Assembly (NCBI RefSeq): GCF_047722525.1
Contig: NZ_JBDNYY010000011.1
Coordinates: forward strand, 6,019 to 70,018
Direction: 5' to 3'
From: Gluconobacter sp.
GTDB lineage: Bacteria > Pseudomonadota > Alphaproteobacteria > Acetobacterales > Acetobacteraceae
DNA: 64,000 bases
The notes below the pieces were generated by a model. It was given only the letters and a program-made list of their open reading frames with translations, did no database searches and was not told the origin of the DNA. This document shows, piece by piece, positions 1 through 9,910 of the stretch. Position 1 is the stretch's first letter; each line of letters begins with the position of its first letter. The position numbers were made by a program, and so were the translations under genes.

Positions 1-2085
1 CCACAGGACGTTTCCTGCCCGTCCGAACCTGCTCAGGTAATGCGCCTGAAGATCGAGCCCCATGGCGCGGGTATGGGCTGCGTTCCGCTCGTAAGTGTAG
101 CCATAATAACGGCCGTCATTCGGGACGATGCCCTCCTGATGAAGGATATTCAGCACGGTTGCTCCGGAAACGCCTGCACCGGAGACGGAGATGGGAACAA
201 TCTGGTTGAAAATGTCGATACGATAGGCGTCGAGCGAGATATCGAGCCGTTTCAGGGGCGTGAGAACAAAGCCTGCGCTGAAGTTGTGAGAGGTTTCGGG
301 TTTGAGAGGCGTTGCGCCAAGGGCGCGGGCTCCAGCGTTTGTGACAGAGGCATAGTTCGTATAGGACTGCACGAGCTGGTTCGTGCTGGGCAGAATGGAA
401 TAATAAAGGGCGGTGCTCTGGAAATATTCCTGCTGAAGCGTGGGAGCATGGAAGCCGTTGCTGGCTGATCCCCGCAGGGCGATCCAGGGTGTGATCTGAT
501 AGCGCAGGGAGGCTTTTCCGCTCAGGGCGTTGCCAAAATCACTGTACTGTTCATCACGCCCGGACAGGGCAACCGTTATTTTGTCAGTCACTTTCTGCGT
601 CAGATCAAGATAGAAAGCGCCATTCATCCGCGCATGGGTGCCAGCCTGCGAGGGAGAGGTTGCGCCCAGACCGGAGGCGAAGGGAAGCGCGGGTGTGGCA
701 GTGGGGAAGACGTAACTGGCGGGATTGACGTAACCGCCATCCGCCCAGGCGGACCGTTCCCCTGCGTTCACCTCGTATTGCTGGTAGCGATATTCGATGC
801 CGGCCGCGACCTGAAGAGGGTCCTTGAAAAGGCCTGTCCGGAACGGACGGCGGATATCGAAATCGGCTGTCAGTTCGGAATTTGCCAGGGATTGTAGGTG
901 AAAGTTGTGGGGACTGTCCGGACCGAGCGAATTGTTGATGGTGTTCTGGATGCCGATGCTGCTGTCGTTGCGTCCGTAATTGACGCTGCCATCCCAGTGC
1001 CAGCCGAAGAAGTTGTCGCCCTTCAGGCCGCTCGTGAACTGGAAATCATTGTCTTCCGTCGTATCGGTTGGCAGATATCCGTCCGGATAAACGCTCATGA
1101 TGTTCTGCTGCGAGTTTGACGGTCTGTACCAGGCCGCGACGAAGGATGTGCGGTGTGTATAGGTGGCGTAGGAGTAAAACCGGATCTTTTCGTTCAGCGG
1201 AATTTCGAGATTGTATGCGACGCTCTGCCGTTCGGATTCCGGGCTGCCTGAAATCTGACGGTAACGGTTGCCATTTTCCCGCGGATCCTGTGAACCGTCG
1301 GCGAGTAAAGGATACAGCAGCACCGGGCTGCCGCCCTGGGTCTTCGGAACGTAACCGCCATAATTCGTGGACTGGTTGCCGACAAATTCAGCCGTCAGGT
1401 TCAGGAAACCGTCCCGTCCTATCCGGAAGCCCTGATTGTAATTCAGGTTTCCGCCCTTGCCATAATCTCCGAGTGGACCAACGCTTGAACCATACTGGTT
1501 ATATCCGACATCGACGGAACCTCCATGGTCTGCGGATTTGAGAATGATGTTGACGACACCGGCGATGGCGTCGGAGCCATACTGTGCAGCCGCTCCGTCT
1601 TTCAGGATTTCGATGTGATCTACGGCGCTCATCGGGATCATGTCGAGATCGACGGGAGACTGGCCCTGCATGGCGCCGCCGTAGAAAACAGACGACATGG
1701 TATGCCGGCGCTTCCCGTTGACCAGTACGAGCGTTTCATTCGCGCCAAGGCCGCGCAGTGACATCGTTTTTGTAGTGAAACCAAGCTGGCCCGGATATCC
1801 CGGCGTATTGTTTGCTGAAGGATCAAGCGCAACAATGGCGTTCTTCAGGCTGGTCTGACCGGTTTTCTTCAGGTCGGCCGCCGTGAAAATCGCAATGGGC
1901 GACATGCTTTTTGACGCTTTGACGGATGAGCGGGTGCCCGTAACGATAACCGCTTCAGGTGTCTGAGCGGTTGTGCTCCGGGCTGTCTGCGCCCAGCCTG
2001 TCACGGGGGGGAGCATACCCGAGACGATGCTTAACGGCACTCCCACACGTCTGTTCCATCGGATGATGGACGAAGAAATTCTCAT
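1..2085 (-). CDS. TonB-dependent outer-membrane receptor (C-terminus runs off the left window edge)
   Basis: Absent from the ORF track because it has no stop inside the window. My reverse translation from ATG 2085 reads MRISSSIIRWNRRVGVPLSIVSGMLPPVTGWAQT (signal-like). Plug-domain motifs follow (SMSPIAIFTAADLKKTGQTSL, LRGLGANETLVLVNGKRRH). nt 1501-1560 read GVVNIILKSADHGGSVDVGY and nt 1-100 read GYTYERNAAHTRAMGLDLQAHYLSRFGRAGNVLW, both in the frame set by 2085. Confidence 0.85.
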   Translation of the reverse strand, partial: MRISSSIIRWNRRVGVPLSIVSGMLPPVTGWAQTARSTTAQTPEAVIVTGTRSSVKASKSMSPIAIFTAADLKKTGQTSLKNAIVALDPSANNTPGYPGQLGFTTKTMSLRGLGANETLVLVNGKRRHTMSSVFYGGAMQGQSPVDLDMIPMSAVDHIEILKDGAAAQYGSDAIAGVVNIILKSADHGGSVDVGYNQYGSSVGPLGDYGKGGNLNYNQGFRIGRDGFLNLTAEFVGNQSTNYGGYVPKTQGGSPVLLYPLLADGSQDPRENGNRYRQISGSPESERQSVAYNLEIPLNEKIRFYSYATYTHRTSFVAAWYRPSNSQQNIMSVYPDGYLPTDTTEDNDFQFTSGLKGDNFFGWHWDGSVNYGRNDSSIGIQNTINNSLGPDSPHNFHLQSLANSELTADFDIRRPFRTGLFKDPLQVAAGIEYRYQQYEVNAGERSAWADGGYVNPASYVFPTATPALPFASGLGATSPSQAGTHARMNGAFYLDLTQKVTDKITVALSGRDEQYSDFGNALSGKASLRYQITPWIALRGSASNGFHAPTLQQEYFQSTALYYSILPSTNQLVQSYTNYASVTNAGARALGATPLKPETSHNFSAGFVLTPLKRLDISLDAYRIDIFNQIVPISVSGAGVSGATVLNILHQEGIVPNDGRYYGYTYERNAAHTRAMGLDLQAHYLSRFGRAGNVLW

Positions 2086-2186
2086 TGCATGTCCCCGGAT
2101 TTTACAAAGATATCATGCGAAGATGTTGGTTTCGTTCCGAAACAACAAATGAGATTTTCAAAGAATACAGTTTGCTGATGCTTGTT

Positions 2187-3509
2187 TCATGTGGGAGGAA
2201 TTCTTAGATTTTTCCTGAGGTTGCGACTTTCATAGGATGTGCGCGTCAGACCCCTGCGTTGCAGTTCGGGAATGACCAGTTCCACGAAATCATTGATGCC
2301 GCCAGGTGCGGATGTGAACATGATGTTGAAGCCGTCGCAGGCGCCTGTGTGATACCATTCCTCGATCTCATCCACGATGGACGCCGGAGTGCCCGTCAGG
2401 AGACGATGACCGCCGCGCGTAAAATTATGGAGAATGTCTTTGACCGTCGGGCGGGTCTTGCGGATCCAGTCCACGATTAGTGACTGGCGGCTTTTATGGC
2501 TGTTTGTTTCCTCGACGGAGCCCAGCTCGATCGGTCTGTCTTCAGGCCACTGTGAAAGATCTGTTCCGAGGCTGGAATAGAGGGAGATGGCCCGCAGAAC
2601 ATCAGCCTTGTCGAGATAGTTCTGATAGCGTTCGAATTTTTCCCGGGCCTCGCTTTCTGTTCTCCCGACGATCGGAGCGAGACCCGGCAGGATACGGATA
2701 TGCCGGTCATCGCGCCCATAGCGGGCAGCCCTTTCAAGAACATCGGAACGGTAGGCGCGGCCAGCGTTAATGTCATATTCGGCTGTATAGATGATCTCGC
2801 CTATGCGTGCGGCAAGTTCCTTTCCAGCCCCGGAGGCGCCCGCCTGTGCAAGAATGGGGGGACGCTGAATGGGAGGTGGCGAATTGAGCGGCCCTACCAC
2901 CTGAAAAAAACGCCCTTTATGATTCAGGGGATGAACGCGGGAAGGGTCGAGCCACACGCCACTGTCCTTGTCACGTATGAAAGCCTCCGGCTCGATGCTG
3001 TTCCACAATCCCTTGACGACATCGACAAATTCATGAGCGCGTTCGTAGCGCAGGGCGTGATCGACATGGGAAACGAGATTGAAGTTCTCGCCGCCTCCGG
3101 TGGCGGTGACGACATTCCACCCTGCACGTCCGCCACTCAGCACATCGAGCGAGGCGATACGCCGTGCGATATTATAGGGTTCATTGAAAGTTGTTGAGGC
3201 GGTGCCGATCAGGCCGATGTGAGAAGACGTGACGGCCAGGGCGGCAAGCAGGGTGAAGGTATCCCAGCGTGCAAGGGCAGGTGTACGGGCGATGCGCGAA
3301 GGGTCGGGAATCGGCAGGACATTGTCATAAAGGAAAATGGCGTCGAAGCGCCCTTTTTCCAGAGTGGAGACATAGTCACGGTAGCGTTCGAATGTCAGGT
3401 CGGCGTCCGTATCTTCTCCCGGTGCCCGCCATGCGTCTCCGTTTGTGGCTGAACCCGTGAAATAGGCTCCAAGGGCGAAGGGAGCGCGTGTGCTGCGTGA
3501 GGCGGTCAT
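2187..3509 (-). CDS. Luciferase-like (LLM) flavin-dependent monooxygenase, NtaA/SnaA/DszA-type
   Basis: 440-aa ORF. Its length and motifs (EKGRFDAIFLYDN, SLDVLSGGRAGWNVVT, PPILAQAGASGAGKELAA) are typical of the long group-C FMNH2-dependent monooxygenases. It lies 12 nt downstream of a sulfonate-type binding-protein gene on the same strand. Confidence 0.85.
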   Translation of the reverse strand: MTASRSTRAPFALGAYFTGSATNGDAWRAPGEDTDADLTFERYRDYVSTLEKGRFDAIFLYDNVLPIPDPSRIARTPALARWDTFTLLAALAVTSSHIGLIGTASTTFNEPYNIARRIASLDVLSGGRAGWNVVTATGGGENFNLVSHVDHALRYERAHEFVDVVKGLWNSIEPEAFIRDKDSGVWLDPSRVHPLNHKGRFFQVVGPLNSPPPIQRPPILAQAGASGAGKELAARIGEIIYTAEYDINAGRAYRSDVLERAARYGRDDRHIRILPGLAPIVGRTESEAREKFERYQNYLDKADVLRAISLYSSLGTDLSQWPEDRPIELGSVEETNSHKSRQSLIVDWIRKTRPTVKDILHNFTRGGHRLLTGTPASIVDEIEEWYHTGACDGFNIMFTSAPGGINDFVELVIPELQRRGLTRTSYESRNLRKNLRIPPT

Positions 3510-3521
3510 GAAAAAAATATC

Positions 3522-4469
3522 CTAGAATGCGATGGTTGGATCGGTCACGGCTTTTGCATCCCATGAGCCCGGAATCATTCTTGTTGCAGTCATGAAATCG
3601 GAAACGCCCTGCTGTTTCCGGAGAATGTCTGGAGTGATGGGCACAACGGACGCCATTGAGGTCCGGACGACTTCGCGCGCGACAGGGAGGGAGAGCCCTG
3701 TTTCCCTGCTCCATGCCACGGCGTAATCTTCGGCATGCGTCAGCATCCACTGATGGCCGTCACGCAGAAGCCGGTTATAGGCAATGATGGCGTTCCGCTG
3801 GCTCTGAAGCGCCTCGTCTGTCGCAACGACGTAGCTCAGGCCGCTCATCAGGCGGCCACCGTTCACGATTTCCCGCGCCCCATCATCTATTTTGGCATCT
3901 GCGATATAAGGACCCCACGTTGCCCAGGCATCGACGCTGCCATTCTGGAGCGCCATTTTTGCGGCTGTGGGCGGAACAAAGACGAAGCGGACGTCGTCAT
4001 CATGCATTCCGGCATCCCGCAGGGCCGCGAGCGTGAGATAATGTCCGGTCTGGCTTTTCAGTGTGGCGATGGAACGTCCCTTGAGGTCCTGTATGCTGCG
4101 GATGGGACTATCCTTGCGCACCACGATCGCCGTCATGGTGCCATCGGTCTGAATTGCCGCGACGGCCTTGATCGGACTACCGCCAGCTTGTGCGAAAACG
4201 AGAGGCGCATCACCAATTACGCCGACATCTACGGCCCCTGCCGTCAGGGCCTGGATCAGCATGGGAGCACCCGCAAACAGGCTCCATTGCAACGGGACAG
4301 GCGATCGGGTTGTCAGGCCCGCTGCGGTGAGGAGGGCCTGTGCCCCGCCTTTCTGGTCGCCGACATGCAGGGGGGTAGCTGCAAGCGCCCGGGAGCGGGA
4401 CAGGGACAGCAGATGCGCGCCTGTCGCCGAGGAAAGGCCCGCGAGAAAGACACGACGGCTGAAAGGCAT
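3522..4469 (-). CDS. Periplasmic sulfonate/taurine-type ABC substrate-binding protein
   Basis: 315 aa with an N-terminal signal (MPFSRRVFLAGLSSATGAHLLSLSRSRALA). The mature start LHVGDQKGGAQALLTAAGL parallels the paralogue at 16318-17268 (LTVADQKGQSRALLAAAGQ). The overall pattern is SsuA-like. Confidence 0.8.
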   Translation of the reverse strand: MPFSRRVFLAGLSSATGAHLLSLSRSRALAATPLHVGDQKGGAQALLTAAGLTTRSPVPLQWSLFAGAPMLIQALTAGAVDVGVIGDAPLVFAQAGGSPIKAVAAIQTDGTMTAIVVRKDSPIRSIQDLKGRSIATLKSQTGHYLTLAALRDAGMHDDDVRFVFVPPTAAKMALQNGSVDAWATWGPYIADAKIDDGAREIVNGGRLMSGLSYVVATDEALQSQRNAIIAYNRLLRDGHQWMLTHAEDYAVAWSRETGLSLPVAREVVRTSMASVVPITPDILRKQQGVSDFMTATRMIPGSWDAKAVTDPTIAF

Positions 4470-4699
4470 TGGAAATCCTTGTCAAAAACAGAATATCCGA
4501 TCTCAACAGGGAAAACAGGCAACGCAAAATGAGATAGTTTTATCAATGGATTTGAAATTATTTGATGTTCCGGGACATCCGAATGGGCGTGACTGCAGGC
4601 TCGTCCGGCAGTGGCAGGGCGCGTCGTTCGTAACGTGCCGGAAGTGGGGGCTGTCAGGGGGCAGATGGTCTCCGGTCTGATACCTCCCCGGGCGTCAGG

Positions 4700-5506
4700 T
4701 CAGGCCGTAGCCAAGGGAGAAATGCCGATCTCAAGCTGCTCCAGGATATGAGCGCGCAGGTCCTGAAGGCGTGGATCCTCACGATGCCGTGGTTCCGGCC
4801 AGTCCACAGGAATGTCGGCCAGAATGCGGGCGGGTCTCGGACTGAAGACAATGACGCGCGAGGCCAGAAGCAGGGCTTCTTCCACGTCATGGGTGACCAT
4901 CAGGGCCGTGAAGCCCTGGCTCTTCCAGAGACGGAACAGCTCCGTCTGCATGGCGAGGCGGGTGAGGCTGTCGAGTTTACCGAGAGGTTCGTCAAGAATG
5001 AGCATACGCGGGCTGTTGATCAGGGCACGTGCCAGCGCCACACGCTGGGCCATGCCGCCAGACAACTGATGAGGCCATGCTCTGGAGAATTCTTCGAGGC
5101 CGACAAGGCGGATGGCTGCGGCGACAGCTTCGGGATTTCTTTCTCCACGAATATCCAGCCCAAGGGATATGTTGCCGCGGACGGTCCGCCAAGGATAGAG
5201 CGTTGGGTCCTGAAACATGATGATGCGACTGGGATCAGGCCCGGTGATGGGCACACCATCTGCCAGCAATGTGCCTGTGTCGGGCGTCTCCAGACCCGCG
5301 ACCAGACGCAGGAGAGTGGATTTTCCACAGCCCGAGGGACCGATCAGGGCAATGAACTCGCCGGGCGCGACGTCGAGGCTGACATCATCCAGAACGGGGC
5401 GGACCCCAGATGGCATCTCGTAGCTGTGGCTGAGGTGTGAAAGGGTCAGGCCAAGGGGAGAAACGGGCTGGGATGAGGTTACCATTTGAGGCCGTTCTTC
5501 TGCCAT
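4700..5506 (-). CDS. ABC transporter ATP-binding protein (nitrate/sulfonate/taurine family)
   Basis: Walker [10 protein letters not shown], signature LSGGMAQRV, Walker [10 protein letters not shown]. An alternative start (MVTSSQ, nt 5485) would shorten the overlap with the upstream permease gene. Confidence 0.9.
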   Translation of the reverse strand: MAEERPQMVTSSQPVSPLGLTLSHLSHSYEMPSGVRPVLDDVSLDVAPGEFIALIGPSGCGKSTLLRLVAGLETPDTGTLLADGVPITGPDPSRIIMFQDPTLYPWRTVRGNISLGLDIRGERNPEAVAAAIRLVGLEEFSRAWPHQLSGGMAQRVALARALINSPRMLILDEPLGKLDSLTRLAMQTELFRLWKSQGFTALMVTHDVEEALLLASRVIVFSPRPARILADIPVDWPEPRHREDPRLQDLRAHILEQLEIGISPLATA

Positions 5507-6474
5507 TTGAGGAAATGATCACGCAGTTTGAAGAGAAGTGTCATGAGAGTGGTGCACATCAGGGACATGACGATCAGCGCGGCGTACATGTTGGGATAAG
5601 CCGCCCATCCCTGTGCCCATTGCATGTAGAAGCCCAGACCTGATTTGACGCCCAGCATTTCCGCTACGACCAGCATGGCGAAAGAGGCGCCCAGTCCCAT
5701 GAAAAGCCCGACGAAAATCTGTGGCGTGGCGGCAGGAAGCGCGATGCGCAGGACAAGGAAACGGTTGCGTGCTCCCATCGTTCTGGCGACGTCATAATAG
5801 GCGTGATCCACAGCCGAAACGCCGGACCACGTCAGCACGGCCACCGGAAAGCCGGCGGCAAGCGCCATAAGGACTTCACCGGCAAGGCGTGTGGAGGGAA
5901 AGATCACGAATGTCAGGGGAAGAAGGGCGACGGGCGGCAGAGGCCCGATCAGTCGCATGATGGGCCGCACCCAGTATCGGACATGGTGGGATCTGCCGAG
6001 CGCAACGCCTGTGATGATACCGAGAACAGAGCCGGAAACATATCCTATGGCAAGCAGGAGCAGGGAATGGAGGAGGCTGTCTCCAAGGCGCTTCCAGTCC
6101 GTCAGGAAAACATCCAGCAGATCCTGCGGTGTTCCGAAAAACGGCCGGGGAAGCAGGAGAAACTTGGCCTGAATCACTTCCCATGCGCCTAGCCCGAGGC
6201 CTAGCACCAGAGCCCACGGGGCCCGCTCCTTCAGACGCCCGATAGCCGTCAGGGCCAGCAGGCAGAGGCCGACGGCAAGAAGCAGGATGGCGAACTGACC
6301 GGTATCGGGGAAATCATCCCTGTCAGGCAGTTTCCATGTAAGCAGCGCGGCCAGCAGCCAGACGGGGCCAGCCAGCCATTGCCAGAGCATGGCTGGCGCA
6401 AGGGCCCGGTTTCCGGTCTGCGCGCGGGTGGCAGGGGGGCTGGCGGACGCAGGGATTGTCTGGCTGTTGCTCAT
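5479..6474 (-). CDS. ABC transporter permease (sulfonate/nitrate/taurine family)
   Basis: 331-aa strongly hydrophobic multi-span protein. It sits between a binding-protein gene and the ATPase gene on the same strand and overlaps both neighbours by a few nt. Confidence 0.85.
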   Translation of the reverse strand: MSNSQTIPASASPPATRAQTGNRALAPAMLWQWLAGPVWLLAALLTWKLPDRDDFPDTGQFAILLLAVGLCLLALTAIGRLKERAPWALVLGLGLGAWEVIQAKFLLLPRPFFGTPQDLLDVFLTDWKRLGDSLLHSLLLLAIGYVSGSVLGIITGVALGRSHHVRYWVRPIMRLIGPLPPVALLPLTFVIFPSTRLAGEVLMALAAGFPVAVLTWSGVSAVDHAYYDVARTMGARNRFLVLRIALPAATPQIFVGLFMGLGASFAMLVVAEMLGVKSGLGFYMQWAQGWAAYPNMYAALIVMSLMCTTLMTLLFKLRDHFLKWQKNGLKW

Positions 6475-7538
6475 CAGGTGAAGAGATCCTGCGTGATGCG
6501 TTTTGCGTAACGCTCACTGTCGAGGGATGGGCGGAAAATGCCTGCCTGTTTCAGGGCATCGGCATAGCGGACGATTTCCTGCCTGAAATCCTGCGTCAGG
6601 GTCTGGTGGTGATGGCCCTGCATCTTCAGCATTGCGGCGAGATCCCCGGCGTTTGCCTTGGGGGCGTAGGGCTGGAAAATGGTGGCGGCTTCGTCCGGGT
6701 TGCAGGCGATCCATGCGCCTGCTTCCAGAATGGCGCGCGTCACGGCCGCGGCGACCTTAGGCTCATTCCGGATCAGACTGCCGCGTAAACCTATGACGCA
6801 GCAGGCCAGATGAGCCCATTCGCCTTTCATGTTGTTGTCGATATCGATAAGGCCGAACTGGCGTCGCTGTGGGTAGGAAAACGGGTCGGCATCCGAAAAG
6901 GCCTGAATATCACCGCGCTGGAGTGCGAGCGGCAGAAGATCGGCCGGGAACTGTCTCCACTGAACGTCGGTTTCAGGATCGAGACCGGCTTCCTTGATGC
7001 GGATACTGAAAAAATTGCGGTCAGGACCGCCGATATCCGTGACGCCGATGGTCTTGCCTTTCAGGTCCGTCAGGGTTTTGAGCCCCGTGGCGGGCGTCGT
7101 CATGAGATACATGCATCCTGCATGCAATCCCGCCACAAGCTTGACGTCGAATCCCTGCTGGAGGGGCTTCAGCCAGCGGAGCGCCATACCGGGTGCGCCG
7201 TCCGCTTTGCCGGTGGACAGGGCTTCAAGAAGCTGGTCCGTGGCTCCGGCAAAATTGACGTAATCGATATTGAGATTGTATTTTTTGAAAAATCCCTTGG
7301 CTTTTGCGACTGGGACAGCCGCCGTGCAGATCGAGGCTTCGTTCCAGGCGATTGTCAGGTTGCGGGCTGGTCCGGGAACGGGTTCGACTATCGCCGGACC
7401 GGCAGCCTGGCATCGGTCTCCCATGTCCATCTGGTCTCCGGACTGGGCAGAGGCCTTTGAGTGAAGGCCCGATGCAACGATTCCGGCCAGACTTCCCGTC
7501 AGGACAGTGCGACGGGATGGGGAATGAATGGAAGGCAT
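6474..7538 (-). CDS. ABC substrate-binding protein (NMT1/THI5-SsuA-like) with twin-arginine signal
   Basis: The ORF track extends to 7724, but that extension overlaps the flavin reductase gene in another frame. ATG at 7538 gives MPSIHSPSRRTVLTGSLAGIVASGLHSKASA (SRRxxL Tat-type signal) and leaves a 22-nt gap to the upstream stop at 7561. Confidence 0.8.
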   Translation of the reverse strand: MPSIHSPSRRTVLTGSLAGIVASGLHSKASAQSGDQMDMGDRCQAAGPAIVEPVPGPARNLTIAWNEASICTAAVPVAKAKGFFKKYNLNIDYVNFAGATDQLLEALSTGKADGAPGMALRWLKPLQQGFDVKLVAGLHAGCMYLMTTPATGLKTLTDLKGKTIGVTDIGGPDRNFFSIRIKEAGLDPETDVQWRQFPADLLPLALQRGDIQAFSDADPFSYPQRRQFGLIDIDNNMKGEWAHLACCVIGLRGSLIRNEPKVAAAVTRAILEAGAWIACNPDEAATIFQPYAPKANAGDLAAMLKMQGHHHQTLTQDFRQEIVRYADALKQAGIFRPSLDSERYAKRITQDLFT

Positions 7539-7560
7539 CAGAATTGATCCTGCAGGAGCG

Positions 7561-8106
7561 TCAAGGGCGCTTGACCGGAAGGTGATGAAAGCCCCGGGAG
7601 AACCAGGCGAGGCCGTGTTCTGCTTCAGGGTTGGTGGTAATGGCTTTGACACCACAGAACAGGACGTCATGGGTTCCTGTGCCGCGGATGGCTTCGATGG
7701 TGCAGTCAAGCGTGACGAGCGCATCTGAGAGCAGTGGCGAACCTGTTTCCCGGGTCATCCACGTAGCACTGGAGAACCTGTCTTCTGCGCTGGCTGAACG
7801 GCTGGCAAAAGAATAGGCAAGCTGGCTATGGGCGGGGGAGAGAATACTGATTCCCACGACCCCATTCTGCAGGAAGGACTGATGGGACCGGTTGCCGCGG
7901 TTGAGACAGACCAGCACGGTCGGCGGTGTATCGCTGACGCTGCTGATGGCTGAAACGGTAAGGCCCTGCCGACCGCCGGGGCCGTCGGTTGTGACGAGGA
8001 CAACCGGCGCACCCAGAAGGCTCATGGCATCACGGAAATCTTCCTGACTGACGGACTGTGCTTCCTCTGTTCGGAGGAGGGTCCTGACGGTATTGTCATG
8101 CGGCAT
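7561..8106 (-). CDS. Flavin reductase domain protein (HpaC/SsuE-functional-analogue type)
   Basis: Motifs FRDAMSLLGAPVVLVTT and GLTVSAISSVSDTPPTVLVCLN are typical of the Flavin_Reduct family. I prefer start MPHDN at 8106 over 8133 because it gives only an 11-nt overlap with the upstream gene. Confidence 0.8.
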   Translation of the reverse strand: MPHDNTVRTLLRTEEAQSVSQEDFRDAMSLLGAPVVLVTTDGPGGRQGLTVSAISSVSDTPPTVLVCLNRGNRSHQSFLQNGVVGISILSPAHSQLAYSFASRSASAEDRFSSATWMTRETGSPLLSDALVTLDCTIEAIRGTGTHDVLFCGVKAITTNPEAEHGLAWFSRGFHHLPVKRP

Positions 8107-8824
8107 CAGAAACGCTCTTTTTTGAGAGGCCAAGGGCTTTCAGGATCGTGTCCGTTTCGGGACGGCGCATCCAGTCGGGCGAAATCTCGACGAAGCTGAC
8201 GACGCGGCCCGGTGTCAGGACAAGGACGGTCGGTTTGGGGAGTTCCCAGTTCTCGGTGCCGTTCAGGGCCTCGCTGCGATCTCCCCTGGCTATGGCGGCT
8301 TCACGCGTGGTGTCATCGAAAACATAGGTAATGCCCAGAATGCGCGCGAGCGTCAGCCCCGGGTCATTCAGGACGGGAAAGGGCAGATCGTGGCGGGCTC
8401 TGATGTCGTCCAGTACAGGGAAAGGCTGTGCGGAGACTGCGACCAGAGGAATGCCCGCGGATTTCAGGGCGGGGGCAAGGCTTTCAGCGTAATAGGGAAG
8501 AGCGATATTACAGGCTGAACAGTCTGCAAATCTGAAAAACAGGAGCACGGCCGGCCCAGAGGCTGTCAGATCGTCCAGAGATACCTGTTCACCGTTCACG
8601 TCCGAGAAAAAATGGGGCGGCAGAACGTCACCGACTTCTACATGGGGCGTCCGGGCGTGATCGCGCACGAGTGCCTGCCTCTGGGCGACATTTCGGGATA
8701 CAGCTTCGGGAGACCATGTCTGGCATCGTTCCGCATCGAGGGTGTCATATCGGCTTTGCAGGGAGGGAGATGAAAGAATGCTCATGCTGGATGTACCCTG
8801 ATGGTCACTAAACCCGGTCAGCAT
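8096..8824 (-). CDS. Peroxiredoxin-like / AhpC-TSA family thioredoxin-fold protein (CxxC)
   Basis: Thioredoxin-fold pattern VLLFFRFADCSACNIALPYY (CSAC) followed by PLVAVSAQP and LPFPVLNDPG. The start is uncertain: ATG 8824, or MSILSS at 8785. Confidence 0.7.
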   Translation of the reverse strand: MLTGFSDHQGTSSMSILSSPSLQSRYDTLDAERCQTWSPEAVSRNVAQRQALVRDHARTPHVEVGDVLPPHFFSDVNGEQVSLDDLTASGPAVLLFFRFADCSACNIALPYYAESLAPALKSAGIPLVAVSAQPFPVLDDIRARHDLPFPVLNDPGLTLARILGITYVFDDTTREAAIARGDRSEALNGTENWELPKPTVLVLTPGRVVSFVEISPDWMRRPETDTILKALGLSKKSVSDAA

Positions 8825-8882
8825 GAGTGATGATGCAGCGTGAATGCCAGGGAGTTTTCCTTATGGAACAGTTTACCGCCCG

Positions 8883-9776
8883 TCATTGATCGGATGCCGC
8901 CTGTTCAAGAAGTTGCGCAAGATCAACGGCTGCGTCGGGAAGGCCGTTCCTCTGAACGAGGATGGTTTCGATTTCAGGGACTTCCGGAAGAATGCCCGGT
9001 GGCAGGATGGAAAGCCCCTCGGCGGCGGCAAAACGCCGGGTACGGCAACTGGCTCCCAGTCCGCTGCGCACACCTGCCCGCATGGCGGGAAGGTGAGGCG
9101 TTTCCAGCACAATCCGGTAATCGCGACGGGCTTTGGCAAGTGTCCTGAGAGCAGCTTCCCGAAAGCGGCAGGGCGGCTCCAGCAGTACGAGAGGAATCTC
9201 CGGCTGATCCAGCGTACTCGGATCTCCGAGCCATGCCATCCGGTCGTGCCCGACGATGCGCCAGGTCGCGTTGGGGCGGTCGCCGTGCTGACCGAGGCAC
9301 AGGACGATATCCAGCCGGGAACGGTCGAACATTTCCAGCAGTTCCGCTGACCCGCCAACGCGGACAGTCAGGCGGCAGCGGGGATGTTCAAGCCGGAAAC
9401 GGGCAAGGACATCCGGCAGGAGGGTATCGGCAAAGTCCTGAACCATCCCGATGGTGATCGGTTCCGGTTCGGAAACGTGACCCAGCTTGTGCATGATCCG
9501 GTCATTGAGCGCGAGAAGCTGACGTGCATACGCAACCAGTTCCTCGCCCGCCGGGGTCAGAACCAATTTTCGTCCGTCACGCCGGAACAGTTTCTGCTGA
9601 AGGACGTCTTCCAGCCTTTTCATCTGAAGACTCAGGGCGGACTGGGTCAGGAAAATGGTTTCTGTGGCCTGGGCCATGGAACCGGCTTCCACGATCGCGA
9701 CGAAAGAACGCAGGAGCTCGGTGGGGACATTGCGGGCCATGCGTTGCGGGAGAGAGGAATGTGACATGGCAGGCAC
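8883..9776 (-). CDS. LysR-family transcriptional regulator
   Basis: N-terminal wHTH LRSFVAIVEAGSMAQATETIFLTQSALSLQMKRLE and a C-terminal substrate-binding domain of typical length (297 aa). It is divergent from the operon starting at 9911. Confidence 0.9.
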   Translation of the reverse strand: MPAMSHSSLPQRMARNVPTELLRSFVAIVEAGSMAQATETIFLTQSALSLQMKRLEDVLQQKLFRRDGRKLVLTPAGEELVAYARQLLALNDRIMHKLGHVSEPEPITIGMVQDFADTLLPDVLARFRLEHPRCRLTVRVGGSAELLEMFDRSRLDIVLCLGQHGDRPNATWRIVGHDRMAWLGDPSTLDQPEIPLVLLEPPCRFREAALRTLAKARRDYRIVLETPHLPAMRAGVRSGLGASCRTRRFAAAEGLSILPPGILPEVPEIETILVQRNGLPDAAVDLAQLLEQAASDQ

Positions 9777-9796
9777 TCCACGGTGAAACGAAACGG

Positions 9797-9814
9797 TTAT
9801 ATTTAACTATATAA
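9797..9814. promoter_or_regulatory. Perfect inverted repeat TTATAT-N6-ATATAA in the LysR/operon divergent spacer (candidate LysR box)
   Basis: Read directly from nt 9797-9814: TTATATTTAACTATATAA. It lies in a 134-nt AT-rich spacer between divergent start codons at 9776 and 9911. Assigning it to LysR is inference. Confidence 0.35.
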
Positions 9815-9910
9815 AAGTGTGTGATTTGTGTTTCTTGTTTGAGATATGACGTATCAAGAGTGCTATCTTGTCAACACAACAATCAATCGTGTTTTTGGGG
9901 GCGTACAGCC

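Noticed and set aside
6474-7724. N-terminal extensions proposed by the ORF track for several genes: 6474-7724, 17408, 18079-19023, 20686-22257, 25348-26328, 29059-30429, 30436, 32053, 53355 (pxpA), 54323-55726, 58938.
   Set aside because: The extensions overlap the upstream gene or run antisense to it, and they lack family similarity. Internal ATGs give canonical N-termini (Tat or signal peptides, MTKTIDLNADLGESFG, MISELRTF and others), often with ATGA stop-start coupling. I therefore annotated the shorter forms.
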